A DNA stretch of 64,000 nucleotides from Camelus ferus (Eukaryota). Location: NCBI RefSeq assembly GCF_009834535.1, contig NC_045698.1, forward strand, positions 8,682,001-8,746,000. The letters are read 5' to 3'. The translations under genes were made by a program, and so were the position numbers. Every line of letters begins with the position of its first letter. Position 1 is the stretch's first letter. Below are positions 37,880 through 51,064 of the stretch, piece by piece. The notes under the pieces were generated by a model that was not told the DNA's origin, did no database searches, and worked only from the letters and a program-made list of their open reading frames with translations.

Positions 37880-38120
37880 ATTTCTTGTGTACAAGTATAT
37901 AAATTAGTTGAGCTTTCTAGTGCATACAGCATCAACCCCCCTCCCTCCTTTCAACTAGAATTACTGCATTGACTCTTCTACAATTTCTAGGTACCTTGCC
38001 CACCTTTCCAATTCTTAAAATTATAACTTGAAGCCTTGCAGTGACTTTTGTCAATATCTTAAGTACCTTATTAATTGGGTTTGAAAAACTGTATCTAGAC
38101 TGGACATTCAATTCATCCAA
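37880..38120 (-). mobile_element. CR1/L3 LINE ORF2 relic
   Basis: ORF 37932..38120 'KVLKILTKVTARLQVII..GKVPRNCRRVNAV' aligns by eye with CR1 'RVLKELADVIARPLSII..GEVPEDWRRANVV'. Confidence 0.65.
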
Positions 38121-38837
38121 TTAAAATGAGTATCTATGAAGCTGCTAGTTCAGAGTTGAGTTCTTGCCAACCCATCTCTAACCAAAAGTAAAATTTTCTT
38201 CCTTTGGACAAAGTGTCTGTCATACCAGCAAATGATTATAGAGCTTTTCCCCATTGCCAGTGATTACTCAACACCGTCCCACTGTTCCCCACTGTTATCC
38301 CGTGGAATAGGTGCACAGACGTACAGTAACCATTTCTTGGTCATAGATTTGACACACAGGATGCTATGTATATTTCAGGGAGCCATGATGCCCATCCCTC
38401 TGCAGACAATGAATTATTTCTCGGCTGGTCGGAAGGATTCATTTGAAATTATGGGAAATACATGTTTGAAAACGAATGCTTAAAAGGATAGATCAGAGAA
38501 TGGAATTCTGGAATTTTTTTTGTTTCTCTTTTTGATATTCTTTAGAATCTAATCCTCACCATTTAGAAATTATTTCTGTGGTTCCAACTGAAGACATGAT
38601 TGTACTAGAGGGAACGTATTGAAAGAAAATAATTTAATTCTGACCATTATAATGCAATCGTAATGTTATTGAATTCTTAGCTGTCTAAGTAATAATGATT
38701 TTCTGCTCTTACTTGGCATAGCAACCATATGGGCTTCAAGGGGGTATAAATGAATTTTTAAAAAGAAGAAAAATATATATACCATGGCGTTCTCCTTACT
38801 AGATTGTAGGATGACTTAAGCATCAGGACTGTGTTTC

Positions 38838-38860
38838 ATATATATATATATATATATATA
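38838..38860. repeat. (AT)n microsatellite
   Basis: Seen directly. Confidence 0.95.
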
Positions 38861-40169
38861 GTTGTTTTTCTTCCTCCTAATGCTTCTATTTTAATGCTTT
38901 TCACCTGAATGTTGACCAATCAAATATTACTAAAATAAAATAAAATAAAATAATTGAGATAGAATTCACCATTATACCTATGGATTAAAGCTCACAAAAG
39001 CGAAGGTATTCCCATCCCAGAAATTCTGAATGCCGCCGATTTAAAGTACATCAAGACAGATAGACATTTTAGACTCTAGCTCGTCCTGGAGCTAACTCTA
39101 TGACCAAAATGGAATCGTTATGGGCGCAGTTGGGGGAATGCCATTTATCACATTAGTCTAGAATTCCTTCTATTCTGAAACAAATACCCAGACATTATTT
39201 TTAGCTTTTATGCTACATAACTTGCAAAGAGCTGTACTTGGATAGCTACCAAACCAAAAATGTAAGCATGACTATAGAAACACTTTCTGCTTCTGAAGAA
39301 TAAATTCATGGCATCAACATTAAATAGAATTACATTGTTTTAAAGACTTATGATTTAATTAGCAGAAGCAGTTTTTGTAGAACAAGGATTTCTACTTCAC
39401 CTCGTTTAGAATATCCTGAAAAAAATACATAACAGATGCTAATAAGCCTTTGTAATATTTGGCATGAAATTTGGTGAAAAAGAAGTTGACCAGTCCCACT
39501 CGGATCCTTAAATTGCTTGGTCACCTGAAACAAAGCACTGAGCCCTTGGGCTCTGAGTTTTCTTATTGCAATAAGTAGAGTTGAATGAGCTGACTTTCCA
39601 TGGATTATATCCTAAGATATTTTTATTCTATCTTTTTCAGGTGTCATCGTGACATTATTTTCAGTTGGTTAAATAAACATTAAGATAACTAAATGAGCAT
39701 CTAATTAGCTGTATGAGAAAATGTGTATGATTTCACAGTGGGAAGAATCTGCCAGGCAGTATTATTTCTGCATCTTTTTTTTTTATAATCATCCTCTGTT
39801 ACCACCTCCTCTCATGTATACAGACCATTTGAAACTCCCAAGTCACGTCTCCTTTTCCAGTGAGCAACTTTCAATGTCCTTACGCTTCCCAACACTGTTT
39901 TAAAAATTCTCGGCAGAATGTAGTTTTTTCCATATCATTTCCCCACCGTTGCCAGACTCTCCTACATCTGCGTGGATTGGATGCTGTTCCATGCAGCGTC
40001 CACTAGCTGCTGTTGAGAATCTCACTATTTCTCAGCTCTTCCCCTCTTTTCTACTTACTAGCCCTAAAACAGCCCCACACTACCTTTTCCTTTTTAAAAT
40101 GAGACACTATAACCTGAAACGCTTGCCAAAGTGAATTTCTGCTTCTCTCCTTAAAATGCACATTCCTCC

Positions 40170-40470
40170 CAACATTATCCAGCAATATTTACTGGGCATC
40201 TACGACAGGCGTACACTGTGCAAGAGTCTCTAGGTGCAATAATGAGAAAGTAGACCCCAGCCCTGCTTTTTATGTGGCTTCTAGTTGAGTGGGAAAGGCA
40301 CACTGATAGACATTGTCATACGATGTGTGTTTACAGATAGGTAGCCTAAGGGAAGTGTCTCAGTTCTATGACTGCCCATCCAAAAAGAGCTTGATTTTGA
40401 CTCAGGGAGGTTTCATTCCAGGCTGAGCAAGCAGTCCTGTGGCTGGAAGTAGCACAGTGCATTCTAGGAA
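40170..40470 (-). mobile_element. L2 3' end
   Basis: 'atatttactgggcatctac..ccctgctttttatgtggcttctagttgagtggg' antisense L2 terminus. Confidence 0.7.
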
Positions 40471-40796
40471 CTGGAAAAAAAAAGAGAATTTGTAGGTATG
40501 GAAAAGGAGGAACTACAAGATACGTGTGTATGAAAGTATGATGCTCTGAGTGATTCATAGGCAGCTGGAGGTACTGTGGGATCTGATGTCTAGTTGTGTG
40601 TCTATTGAGACAACAATTCAAGCATGTCTCTAACGTTACCCTTAGCTGGGGCACTTCCTCACCAGGTTAGACAACGAATCTCTCTGGTTCCTCATTCGTT
40701 CTTATGAATATGGACCATTAGAGGAGTAAGCCGCCACCACTTACTGAGATAAAGCCTCTGGCTTGGCAATTCCACAAGTTTCAAATATCTATCTAT

Positions 40797-40870
<74 letters not shown>
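40797..40870. repeat. (TCTG)n(TCTA)n compound tetranucleotide microsatellite
   Basis: Seen directly. Confidence 0.95.
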
Positions 40871-41689
40871 AATTTTAGTGTGATGTGATGTGTGTGTGTA
40901 GGAGGTTAAGGAATCCTGGATTAAATAAGTAGATATATTAGGTCTTGCCAATATCCTCACAACTACTAATAGTGTTTGTTTAAGCACAGAAACAGTCTTT
41001 TCCTATCTCTGAGGTAGGTGCTCAGAGGACACAGGGGAGCTATGGTCGTCTGGGGCAAGAGGTACTGAAATGAGTTAAAGGCTATTCAACTCTGCTTTTC
41101 TACAGCGGTCCTCAGGATGGACTTAGTTCTTGATGACGCTGGTCCTGGAAGAGAGGGATGTAAGACTGGTGCTCCACGTTTGCGCTGCTTTGCTCAGAGA
41201 CTCTAGATTTAAGGCATCCATGTCCTCAGCTTCTTAAGGAACTCCCCAGTAAGAGATGTAGGCAGTAATTCTGAATATAAATCCTCGTAATATTGGACAG
41301 ATTTTTCTTATCAGTAGATTTGAAGAAACAAAATTTCCCTTGAGTGACAATGCGAAACTCACTTATTTACAAAATAAAATTTATCTTAGAAGGGTAGACG
41401 CAAATGTCTTTTGGGAGTCTTCTACTTTATACGTATATCGTCAACACTGTTAGTTCCAACCCACTAAACCAATCCATCCATGTTCAGGCAAAACTCTGAA
41501 ACATGTAAACATAATTTCCACAAAACAAACACAAATTATAATGGTGCTGTAAATAACGTTCCTTCAAAATGATCTTTCTAACGATTTTTCCAGAAGATGG
41601 TGTAAGCAAAAGAGCTTTTCTTATGCCAGCCTTAATTCCTGTATATATTCCCAATTAATTACATATCCTAATATTTATACAGCCCTTCA

Positions 41690-42040
41690 TCACTTGCAAA
41701 GTGTTTTCACACTTGCACAATTATTACCTCATTTCAAATTAACAACACTCCTTGGCAAGCTAGGTGGGCATTATAATTTCAATTTGAGGGATGAAGAAGA
41801 GATTCAAAGAAGTTAATCATTTGCCCACCATCAGATAAAACGTGATTTGCGGAGCTAATAAGAGTCATCAGCATTTACTAAGCACCAAAGAGTCTGGTCA
41901 TGAAGATACGTGCCCTATATGCATCTTCCTGTAGTGCCAGCATCAACCTTCCAAGGAGGCAACGTTGCTACCAATTAACTGATAGGAAAACTGAGGTTAA
42001 CCCAGCGAAGGAAGTGGCAGAGTCTGGAACTAAACTAAGA
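41690..42040 (-). mobile_element. Two adjacent MIR SINEs
   Basis: 'gatgaagaagagattcaaagaagttaatcatttgccca' and 'gataggaaaactgagg..gtggcagagtctggaact'. Confidence 0.7.
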
Positions 42041-43530
42041 GCATTTCACTGTGAGTCATAAAATGGTTTTCCCTCATTTATATTAGCTTCTTTTAATAGC
42101 TCCTATCAATTAATTTTTTACAATAGCAGAATAATTTGGGTCCATATTTTTCAGGTCAAATGATTAACTATAGAATAATTTATAGTTGTTTCTTGGAGGT
42201 GTCTGTAGCCAGTGTCTTTTTTTTTTAAGTAACTATTTTGAATAGTAATTTTCTGTCAAATTACCAATTTCTTCTCCTCCGTGCAGAGTGCTTTAATAGT
42301 AGAGTCAGCACATGGCACTGTTGATTTAGACGCTGCCACACAAGCTAGCTGGAAATGTCTAAGTCATACTCCTGCTTATTTAAATCTTTTTTCAGACATT
42401 CCTCTTACTCAAGATTTAAATAATGGACTAGCGGAGAAATCCCATGGAAGCTGCATCACCCCCCTGCCCCTCCCACCATCATCATCCTCATCCTCATCAA
42501 ACATTTATTTCTAAGCACTTTACAAAATAAAGAAGACACAGTTCTTTCTTCCTAAAACTAAAACCTGAAAAGAAGGCAATCTAAGGATAAACATCCACAG
42601 TGAAGTCGTTTTCAATAATTAATAACATCTACATTTTTAAAAATCACATCAGTTTTAAAGGAATGATTCAAATGAAAAAATGTGGAAATGTTTGAAGGCA
42701 AAAATTCTACCCAGGGTGATATGTACAACTCTGTAAACTGACGAACTAGCATAGCAATTTTTAGGAGCTGGTTTGATAAGTACAGTGAGTAAAAATAAAC
42801 GAAACTATATACAGTAGGAAGGAGTAGGTGTTGTTTTCCCCTAAGGATCAAACACGCATAACACCTCCTGGTTTTTTAAAGCAAGGTGCTCAAATGCTGA
42901 AAAAAAAATCATTTTGTATTATTTCAGTATCTTTGAAAAGAAGGTATATTAGGAAATATTACTTCAATTTTTGGTGCTAGGATGTTGATGTCATCGTAAG
43001 ATACGTAGTGAAGTAAAACTGGATTATGAATTTGGGATTTTTGATTCAAAAGAATGAATCACTCACTGTGGAGGTCCAAGTAGAGCAAAAAACTTCAATA
43101 GCCAGAATTTACATCATGCCAAATTATGACATCATCCAGAACGTTAGTCTTCAATGACTTTTGTGAGTTTAGTTCTACTAAGCAAGAGGAATATGGAAGA
43201 TAATTTATATATTTCTAATACCCTTGAAAGTTAATTCTGAACACTGTCTAATTTCTGACTCTCATGTTAGTATCTATTTGACCCATTATGAGAAAACACC
43301 TCTATAATTCACTTTAAACAATAAAACCAGTGTTAGCAATGCTTCCCAGCTCTGCAGTTACTGCTTAGCTATGTGTACCTTTTACTTCTCTGTCTCTTGC
43401 CACTTATTTCCTTTAGATTTGATTCTCTGTTTCGAGAAACACAATTAAGTAATTCCAGGCATGGGAGTTAATGGGGTCATTCATTCACAAACTCCAGAAG
43501 AACCTAGCAATGTATTGGTTTCCAATTGTA

Positions 43531-43548
43531 GCACTGCCCTCTACTGGG
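43531..43548 (-). promoter_or_regulatory. CTCF-like binding motif
   Basis: Reverse strand CCCAGTAGAGGGCAGTGC fits the CTCF core consensus; motif match only, no binding data. Confidence 0.5.
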
Positions 43549-44949
43549 TAAAGAAAAATCTGATATTATTAATGGATTTCTAATTACTTAAGACCAGAGA
43601 CTGTATGAAAAGCTAATTCAAATCTAACTACCTTGGTATTTTTTTAAACTGAAGGGGCTGAGGAATATGATCGTGGAATATAAAAATCTTTGACTTCTCC
43701 ATGTAGACATTTTTACTTCTCTATGTTCTTGTTTTGAATAAATGTATTCTTTGATTTGAATATACATTCTTTGACTTGAATATAAGAAGCTTTTGATGTG
43801 ACCTTAGATCCTCTGGGGGCTTACATATATGAGAGATAACTGGTATATCGTAATATAGACAAGCTAAGTGATGAGGAAATTAGAGTCAGAATGGCATTGA
43901 TTTCAAGGATTTTTTTAATATGAGCTGGTACTTGAGGAAGATAGTGATATTATCTTCTATTGTATTTATAACTTTATTTTGTTGATAACTTTAGCTATAT
44001 TTATGTTCAGTTTATATTTGGATGGTGACACAATATTGTTTGCTTTTAGGTATCTTTTCTGTACGATATCAAGGAGGAAATGTGAAGTACATTTTTTCTT
44101 TCTCTCCTCACCCTGTTACAATGTAGGGAAGGGGTTTTAGAAATTAACACCATGCAAGATTATGTTAATTATCCCTTAACCCAACAGACAAATGTCCAGT
44201 ATCATAAGAAAAATATTTTTCTATGTACATGATCTAAAATCTTATAAAGTTCATGTCTTTATTAATCTCACATATCATATTAATATTAATATGTTTTTAT
44301 TGGATACAGAACTGGCTACCAGTATCATCCCATATTCCCTTACAGTTACTTATAATAATATTTCATGGTAATTGTTAAGCACTGAACAAATTTTTAAAAA
44401 TTAGTTGAACTAAGGTGGAATTGACACCCCTCTATGGAAACTGAGGCTGTAACAAAAGTATTTGCCACCTAGGAACAAAGAGGGATCTGAGATCAGGGCC
44501 AAGATTCTTTTCTGAAAATAGTTTTTGTTGACTTTCTCTTTGACTAAATAAATGTTCTAACCTGAAGCTGGAAAGCCTCACAGATAGCTTTCAGTGAGGA
44601 ATTTTTTGCTGCAAGAATATTTTACTGAAAAAAAATTTCAAATAATGTCAATCCAGTAAAATTGTATCATAAGAGGAGCTATGTTCATAAAACTTCCAAA
44701 GAGATTGGACTACTAATTGTATCAGTTTTTTTTTTAAAGTCATATGACTGGTAGGGGTGTAGTGGAAATGTTTTAAATTTTTATTTGGAGAAAATCCCAT
44801 CTACTGTGCTTTCCTGGGACTATTGATCATTTATTGTATTTTCAGAGACCTTTCTAAAAATAAAGAATCCATCATGACATTACACACACACACACAGTCA
44901 CTCACATCCAATGATTGAACCATATCAAACTGTTTTCTATTTCTCTAGA

Positions 44950-45400
44950 GCAGGAATTCTTCATGGGGGCCGTGAAGAGAACTTAAGATGATAGAACATA
45001 TGTATACATACATGATAGAACATATGTATATCTTATTTTCTGAAATTTAGCATTTTATTTATTTATAAATCTAAGTGGAAAACCACATGAATAATGAGAA
45101 TTTATCAGCAATAGGAATCATTTTTTTTTCTTATCATGCTTGCTGCAGATACTCAAGTCATCACTAATACTCATCATTACTTTAAAATTACAGTTGTTGT
45201 TAAAGCCAATACTTGATCTTGCTATTTAAAGCTTTAGTAATAAAGCACATACTTCACCATATCATAGTCTTTAAATTATTTGACAATTGGATTTATGACA
45301 GATTTTCTTTGCTGTCAAATTTTTTATGTCATGCATTAAAAATGTTAGTATTTAATTAATTTAATTAATATTTTAATTCTTTAAAAATTGAGTTGGCCTT
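44950..45400 (-). mobile_element. Charlie4a-like DNA transposon, opposite orientation to the 23.0-kb copy
   Basis: 'gaaatttagcatt..gatcttgctatttaa..taataaagcacata' is the reverse complement of motifs in 23020-23440. Confidence 0.7.
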
Positions 45401-45414
45401 TATTCCAGTCCAGA

Positions 45415-46030
45415 ATAAGAGTTGAGATAGAGAAAAGATTTATGGCTGCCTGAAGTTGATGGTGGGAACAAGATGGCCACACATAGCATGAGATTTCTTT
45501 TTGGAATGATGGAAATGTTTCATGTTAGATTGTGGTGATGGTTGTACAATTCTGTAATTTGATAAAAATTATTGAGTTGTACATATACAATGAGGGAATT
45601 TTGTGGTATGTAAATTACCCCTCAATAAAGCTGTTTACAAAAGAGATGAGCTTAGGGGTCTAAAAACACATGAACAAAAAAATTATGTATATATTGTTAT
45701 CAACAAGGATATGGGAAAAAACCCCAAATCTAACAGCATGTCACATTTGACAATAACATCTCAAAAAAGAAATACAGAACTAATCCACATTACTTTTGAA
45801 TAGTCTCTGCATTCAGTCATATATACTCTGGGGGAAATGTATTCTAAAGAAAGAGAAAAAAAATAGAAAACTTTGGAACTTATTCAGTAAATTTTTATTA
45901 TTAATGAGATAGAAGTAGAAATTCTTAAACAACATAACTGTGGAGTAGAATTAAATACATGGGTAACTATACAAATGTTTGAGAACCAGAGTTCTCAGTG
46001 GGGTGGAGGGGAAGGAGTTCATGTACATGG
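45415..46030 (+). mobile_element. L1MB-like 3' end followed by older L1 3'UTR fragment
   Basis: TGATGGAAATGTT..GATTGTGGTGATGGTTGTACAA..GGTATGTAAATTA..CTCAATAAAGCTGTT. Confidence 0.8.
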
Positions 46031-47149
46031 ACTGACTGTATGTGTTGCCCTGTATTGGAATTAGATACATTCATATATACGTTTGAGGTTTAGTTGTTTA
46101 ACTGGTTTTTCTGATTGTTAAGATGCAGTGACACTCATCCTACATTTGTGCATCTTACATGGAAGAAGTTTCCCAAAGGGCTTATTTTAAAGATGTTGTT
46201 GTCAAGTGTGAAGAAAAAGTCCTTATAGGCAGAAATGCAGAGAGAAGCAGAACAGGAAGTGGGAAAATGACACCATGGCCACCATATTGCTTTGTTACCT
46301 AAATAAAGTCCTGGTGCCGGTGACTGTTAGGTTATTATTCAAGTAAGAGGGAAGGGAAAATGCTTGGTCCTTCACAGGGAGGGAGCTTAAAATAAGACCC
46401 TCACCTAAAGCTAGAGCTCTCTAGGTGCTGCCCTGTTCACAAAAGAGACAGGAGACACTCTATACACTGGCATAGGGAGGGGCTGGGATGGCTGCCACCA
46501 AACAAATCCTTGGTTGGAATAGAGGGAAAAGGCAACTGCAAGAAATGGAAAACTCTAGGTGTGAGTTTCTGCATGTCAGATCAACATAAAAATAACTGAA
46601 GAGACCAAAGAAACCATGTGGCTTTCAAAGCTGGAAAAGCCGCTCTACAGGGACACGTATATGCCAATCAGTCAATCAAATCATCCTCCGTTGAAAATGA
46701 ACTCAAAGCCAAAAACACCACAGAAAGAAACAGATTAACGTGAAGGAGGGGCATCAGTCAAACAAGAATTGGGAATCATAGACGCCTTCAAAGGAAGTCC
46801 TAAAATAGTACGAAGGTGGGGGAAGGGGTAAAAGGAGGAATAGCTATTTCACTTATATTCATTGCTAAGTAAAAATAGTGCCCTCTTCTAAATTAATGTC
46901 TCAAGACAACCATTTTGTTCTGTTCACATTTTGAGGGTTGGACATTTGGGATGAAGTTAAGATGGACAATATTTATCTCAGACCCACTTCCCGCACAGCC
47001 TCTCCCTTCATGGTACTGTGTCTCATCTTGCAGGCTCCTCCATGGTCATCAGGTACATGGTGGGGAGATTCCTACAGGGTTGTCTTTGGACTTTGGAAAA
47101 CAACAGGAGAAGAGAGAGCTAGCAAAGTGTGTGTAGCGTAAGCATATAA

Positions 47150-47440
47150 AGAGTTGGAAACTATGAAACCTAAAATATTAAAGAGGAATTGAGGGGAGAC
47201 AAGGGAGTGGTATTCCCTTACATCAATCGGGAATTTCAGAAAGAGAAAATGTGAAAACTTCAGTAGAGACAGTACTCAAAAACTAAAGCTCTGGTTTTCT
47301 TCAGGTGGGAAAAAGAACTTGATTCTCCTCATCCAAGGTGTGCTCTGAACGTTAAGTGAGATAAATTAAAAATTCATACAGAGACACATTGTGGTAAAAC
47401 TGTAACATATCACAGACAATGTGAGACATTAAAAAATTTA
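47150..47440 (+). mobile_element. Old L1 ORF1 fragment (appears to continue at about 48010-48140)
   Basis: 'agacacattgtggtaaaactg..acagacaa' corresponds to the ORF1 RHIVVKL motif; 'ggaatttcagaaagaga' to the GIPE motif. Confidence 0.55.
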
Positions 47441-47446
47441 TTAGGC

Positions 47447-47551
47447 ATTCATTGCAGCATTATTTACAATAGCCAAGACATGGAAACAACATAAATGTCC
47501 ATCGACAGCTGAGTGGATAAAAAAGATGTGTTATATATATACACACACACG

Positions 47552-47590
<39 letters not shown>

Positions 47591-48010
47591 GAATATTACT
47601 CAGCCATAAAAAGAATGAAAAAATGTCATTTGCAGCAACATGGATGGACCTAGAGATTATCATATTAAGTGAAGTAAGTCAGACAGAGAAAGACAAATAC
47701 CATATGATATCACTTATACATGGAATCTAAAAAAATGATACAAATTTTATTTACAAACCAGAAATAGACTCATTGACATAGAAAACAAACTATGGTTACG
47801 AAGGGGGAAGGAGGGAGGGGTAAATTAAGAGTTTGGGATTAACAGATACACACTACTATACACAAAATAAATAAACAACAAGGACCTATTGTATAGCACA
47901 GGGGACTATATTCAATTTCTTGTAATAAGAAAATTCACTGAGCTGTACACGTTAGATTTGTGCACTTTTCATGTCTGTGTTATGCTTCAATGAAAAGATT
48001 TTACAAATGA
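47447..48010 (+). mobile_element. Younger L1 ORF2 end and 3'UTR, joined at about 47930 to an older L1 3' terminus
   Basis: GCAGCATTATTTACAATAGCCAAGACATGGAAACAAC..GGACCTAGAGATTATCATATTAAGTGAAGTAAGTCAGACAGAGAAAGACAAATACC; internal (CA)n at about 47553-47588. Confidence 0.9.
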
Positions 48011-48259
48011 AAAAAATTGTTAAGCAGAAAAGCCAGGTTATCTACAAAGAAATGACAATATGTTATATATTAGCGTTCTCAGAGAGCGAGCTGAGGGACT
48101 GCCAGAGCACTGATGACAGGTTTCCTGGGAGAACTGGGGGTAGACTAGTCTTTAAAGTATCAGATTTGGATAGTGGACAAGAAAAAAATATTACACGGCC
48201 TTCTCCAAGTATTTGACTTGAACATGGTAGAATTATATTTTTATTTTAATAGAGGCAAT

Positions 48260-48480
48260 AGTAATATAATAATACTACTAGTAATACTTAATATTTACTC
48301 ATTGATATAAGTGCAAGAATTTTGTAAGGGGCTTTACAGACATTATTATCATTCAATCCTTGAAACAATGTTGTGATGTGGCTATCTATTTTTCTTGTCT
48401 TATGAACAAAAAAAAATTTAATTGTCAAAGGTAGCAGAGAGTAGAAGAGTCAGTATTAAATCCCAAGTAGGTGTCTTGCT
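48260..48480 (-). mobile_element. MIR SINE
   Basis: 'gctttacagacattattatcattcaatccttgaaacaat' motif. Confidence 0.6.
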
Positions 48481-49311
48481 AAATTCCGAGGTCTACAGCC
48501 ACAGGATGCTCCTTTAAAGAGATTCAAGAATCGCACCTTTCACAGCATCTGTGCCGTGACTGCTTTCTGTGAGGTTAGCGGGAGTTTTCTGGGTGTGAGA
48601 GTGCACGTGTGCCATGTGACTTCTCTTGAACTACAACTGGGTTCAGAGAACAGCCAGAACTTTTATAATGGGGTGGTAATGGAGTTTTGCTTTTTAATCT
48701 TACTTTCCTAATAACAGAAATCCTCTTAAAAATAAATCTCCAATAAAATTTTCCTTATGGAAGAGAAAGCGTCTTGCTTTACCACATTAAAGCTGGTAGA
48801 AGATTAATGTTTTTGCCTCTTGGTTTTATCCACTCTTCTTTCTATGCCATTGAAAAAAAATAGTGGGTATTAAAAAAAATTTGTTTTAACATTTTGGGTT
48901 TAATACTAACCCAAATTGTAGTCTTTGCGACAAACCCTCCCTTTGCACCTATCATGCATTTTGCAGCCAAGCCTTTGAAATTCTGCTATGTCCTTCTGAT
49001 TAACAATTTATGCATACTCTTAAATCCACCCTCATGGATTGGACTTTAAACTCTTATGTACAGAAGATGGTTATTTTTTTAAAGTATGTTAACCTTATTG
49101 AAAATATATGCCCCTACTTATGATGCAATAGTGTAATAGATTCGTAGTTATTTTTATGCCTTGCAGAATCTGGGAAAGCATTCAGGTAGTAGGCATTGCC
49201 AAAATTTCCCTTAGCTTACTCATAGATGGTCATAATCGTTCAAAACTTTTGTGTTCTTTCATCTCCAGACAGATATGAATCCATTCAAAGTTGGATAAAA
49301 GGGAACCTCAA

Positions 49312-49715
49312 GATTATCATACTGAGTGAAGTAAGTCAGACAGAGAAAGACAAATACTATATCATATCACTTTTATGGAATCTTAAAAAAAGATTCAAAT
49401 TCGATTTACAAACCAAAAACAGACCCACAGACATAGAAAACAAACTATGGTTACCACAGGGGAAGGGGAGGGAAGGGATGAATTAGGGGTTGGGGGTTAA
49501 TAGTCACACATTACTGTGTATAAAATAGATGAAAAACCAAGGACCTGCTGTAGAGCACAGAGAACTATGTTCAATATCTTGCAGTAACATATAATGGAAA
49601 AGAATCTGAAAAGAAAATGTATGTATGTATGAATATATATAATTGAATCACTTTGCTGTACACCTGAAACTAACATAAATCAACTACACGTCAATAAAAT
49701 TTTTTTTAAAGAAAG
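49312..49715 (+). mobile_element. 5'-truncated L1 3' end with 13-bp TSD
   Basis: TSD AAGGGAACCTCAA at 49299-49311 and 49716-49728; L1 3'UTR sequence; AATAAA near the end. Confidence 0.92.
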
Positions 49716-50329
49716 AAGGGAACCTCAAAATGTTTTAAAACTTTTCCCCTATTTCTCCATTTTTTCTTTCACATTTTTTTCCCTTTGGGGTCTCAGATCC
49801 ATCGTCTCCACCCTCACTGGCACGCTCAGGAGCTCCCTCGTTCTGTCTGGGTGTGCTCCTCGCCCCTGGCTCATTCTGGAACAGTTGTAGTTGGCCTTTC
49901 TACTCCTCAGAAGGGAGCACCCGTGAGAAGAATGGCTCTCTAACATCACTTCATCCATTAGGTGATAAAGCATCACTTGTGTAGTTTATCATTATACTGA
50001 TGACATGTGTGTATATGACACACATACACAGTGTATCAGTGTGTCATTTGTCTTTTCCTCCTGGCACGAAGATGAACATCAAGATATAATTCATAAGTGA
50101 ATGAAGATACTGTAGTGTAGGATATGCATTTTACTTTTATATGTATGTTTGGTGGAGGGAAACTATAAATCAGACTTCTGGAAAGAATATTAAATCAGAA
50201 AGAAAAGAAATAGATTCTGGCCCTTATCCTACACCCGAGAGGCTGACTGCATGATGAAGGGCAATTGGTGGTAATTCGGGATTTCAAGTACCTCCTCCAT
50301 GGAAGTAAAATTTGATAACAAAGTAGATG

Positions 50330-50560
50330 GTGTTATTGACCATTTACTGTGCGCCAGCCACCACTCAGACCGTCACTGTGTAAGCCCTGCGATTACAGTT
50401 ACATGACTGTAGTAGTAATATTGTCGCTACCATAAGAGAAACCTGAGACAGAGAGAGTTAAGTAACTTCCTAAATCATACAAGCTTTCAGGGAGAATTGA
50501 ACCCAGGCGGTCTAGCTTAGGGTCTAAACTCTTAGCCTTTATGTCACAGCTGCTTCCCTT
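50330..50560 (-). mobile_element. MIR SINE
   Basis: 'gagaaacctgagacagagagagttaagtaacttcctaaatcatacaagct..gaacccaggcggtct'. Confidence 0.8.
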
Positions 50561-51064
50561 GAAGTGTAGGGTGGGTGACAGACCCACACAGTCTTTAGCT
50601 CCTTTCTGTTCTAACATGGCAATAATTCTTCATTTCCTTGAGTGCCAATAGGTAGAAAAATGGATGGAAAGTGAAATCTCTGGGAGATAAACTTCTTAAA
50701 AAGCAGGAAACCTATCTGGGGCCAGTCTGAAATGATTATCTTGTGGAGACAGTACATTGTTCAAAATAAAAACTGATTTATTCATTGAGAAATAGTACCA
50801 GCATCTACAGTCCCACAGTTTATCCCTCAATCTCATGTATTCAAGTAATAGTCATCTGCCGACATTCTCTCCTTTTCAACAGCAGACACATCAAGTCCAG
50901 GGACAAATAGAAAATCTAAATGGATCATGGATCTAAAAAAGCCATGTTTTGTTTTGCTCTGTTTCGTTCTGTTTTGGTAGGTTAAACTCTGATCTAATGC
51001 TGGCTGAGTCACAGATTTGCTAGTTCCTGAATAAGTAACCGATCATCTTTACCCTCCTTTGTGT

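Noticed and set aside
38423..38436. GGCTGGTCGGAAGG resembling the Y RNA 5' end
   Set aside because: Similarity ends after 14 nt; no complementary 3' stem or T-tract terminator
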